Shown piece by piece: positions 63,385-64,000 of a stretch of 64,000 bases of DNA (within the stretch, counting starts at the first letter, position 1; each line of letters opens with the position of its first letter). A model generated the notes under the pieces. That model did no database searches, was not told where the DNA came from, and saw only the letters and a list, made by a program, of their open reading frames with translations. The stretch spans positions 558,001 through 622,000 of the forward strand of contig AP026127.1 of NCBI GenBank assembly GCA_030295235.1, given 5' to 3'. The stretch is from Fistulifera solaris (taxonomy: Eukaryota). A program made the position numbers and the translations under genes.

Positions 63385-63740
63385 TTCCAGAAAATCTGAG
63401 AAAGTCTACGGAGTATTTATTTTCACGTGTCCAACAAATGTGGGCGCGTGATATCTTCACGTCTCCAGAAAATGTGGGAGAGTGATATTTTCACGTATCC
63501 AGAAAATGTGGGCGAGTGTTCTTTTCACGTGTCACGTGTCCAGAAAAATGGGAATGTGTCTTTTCACGTCTTCAGAAAATGCGGGAATGTGTCTTTTCAC
63601 GTCTCCAGAAAATGTGGGGGTGTACTATTTTCACTTGTCCAGAAAATGTGGGGGTGTGTTCTTTTCCCTTGTCCAGAAAATGTGGGGGTGTTTTCTTTTC
63701 ACGTTTCCAGAAAATGTGGGGGAGTGGTATTTTCACGTGC
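63385..63740. repeat. Minisatellite, ~33-bp unit with TCCAGAAAATGTGGG core
   Basis: About 10 units of TTTTCACGTSTCCAGAAAATGTGGG... Confidence 0.9.
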
Positions 63741-64000
63741 ACATTTCGCGATTTTGTTGCGATGATTATATTGCGAATTGCGATTGAAAAGCGACATTGT
63801 TTTTTCATGTCGTCAACAAATTGGAGACACTCATGAAGATCCTTCCCAGAAACCACTCAAACGCTTTTAGAATGAAGGCATGGATGTCATTGTGTCTCTT
63901 ATTAAACTTTTCCGATGGATTTCTCCTCTCTGAACAATTTCGACGCGGTCATCTGCGGTTGCATACCGCTAGTCTGGACGAGATCAATGAAACGAATCCT

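Overview
Gene-dense eukaryotic nuclear DNA, most likely from a diatom. The evidence is short GT-AG introns, bipartite plastid presequences with ASAFAP-type cleavage motifs, an RXL-type processing motif, and KDEL/DEL C-termini. Most long genes carry single-base frameshifts, often in homopolymer runs, which suggests an unpolished long-read assembly. Recognisable genes: midasin (5' part), nucleoredoxin-like, NhaC-family antiporter, CE4/TSP1 surface protein, C9orf85-like, PET100-like, bestrophin, mitochondrial carrier, F-box, rhodanese, peptide deformylase, SGNH acetylesterase, HMG-box, GT61-like, OPA3, Popeye-domain, two peroxiredoxins, Abitram, a 5'-truncated mitochondrial EF-G, two plastid paralogues, eIF5B and an ER KDEL protein. 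Highlights: (1) a plastid-targeted TrhO tRNA hydroxylase fused to an O-methyltransferase, a candidate one-polypeptide ho5U-to-mo5U34 pathway; (2) an intact 394-bp TRIM retroelement whose LTR and PBS both carry tRNA T-arm-like hairpins; (3) a candidate biosilica protein (basic N/R block, RXL, acidic D/S block, GPI-like tail); (4) a catalytically dead CE4-TSP1 adhesin-like protein; (5) five minisatellite arrays sharing a CCAGAAWWTCTGG-like palindromic core, each upstream of a gene; (6) a 217/242-bp satellite with dispersed degenerate relatives; (7) a 375-bp foldback inside an island of decayed ORFs. All calls come from reading the sequence; no searches were run.
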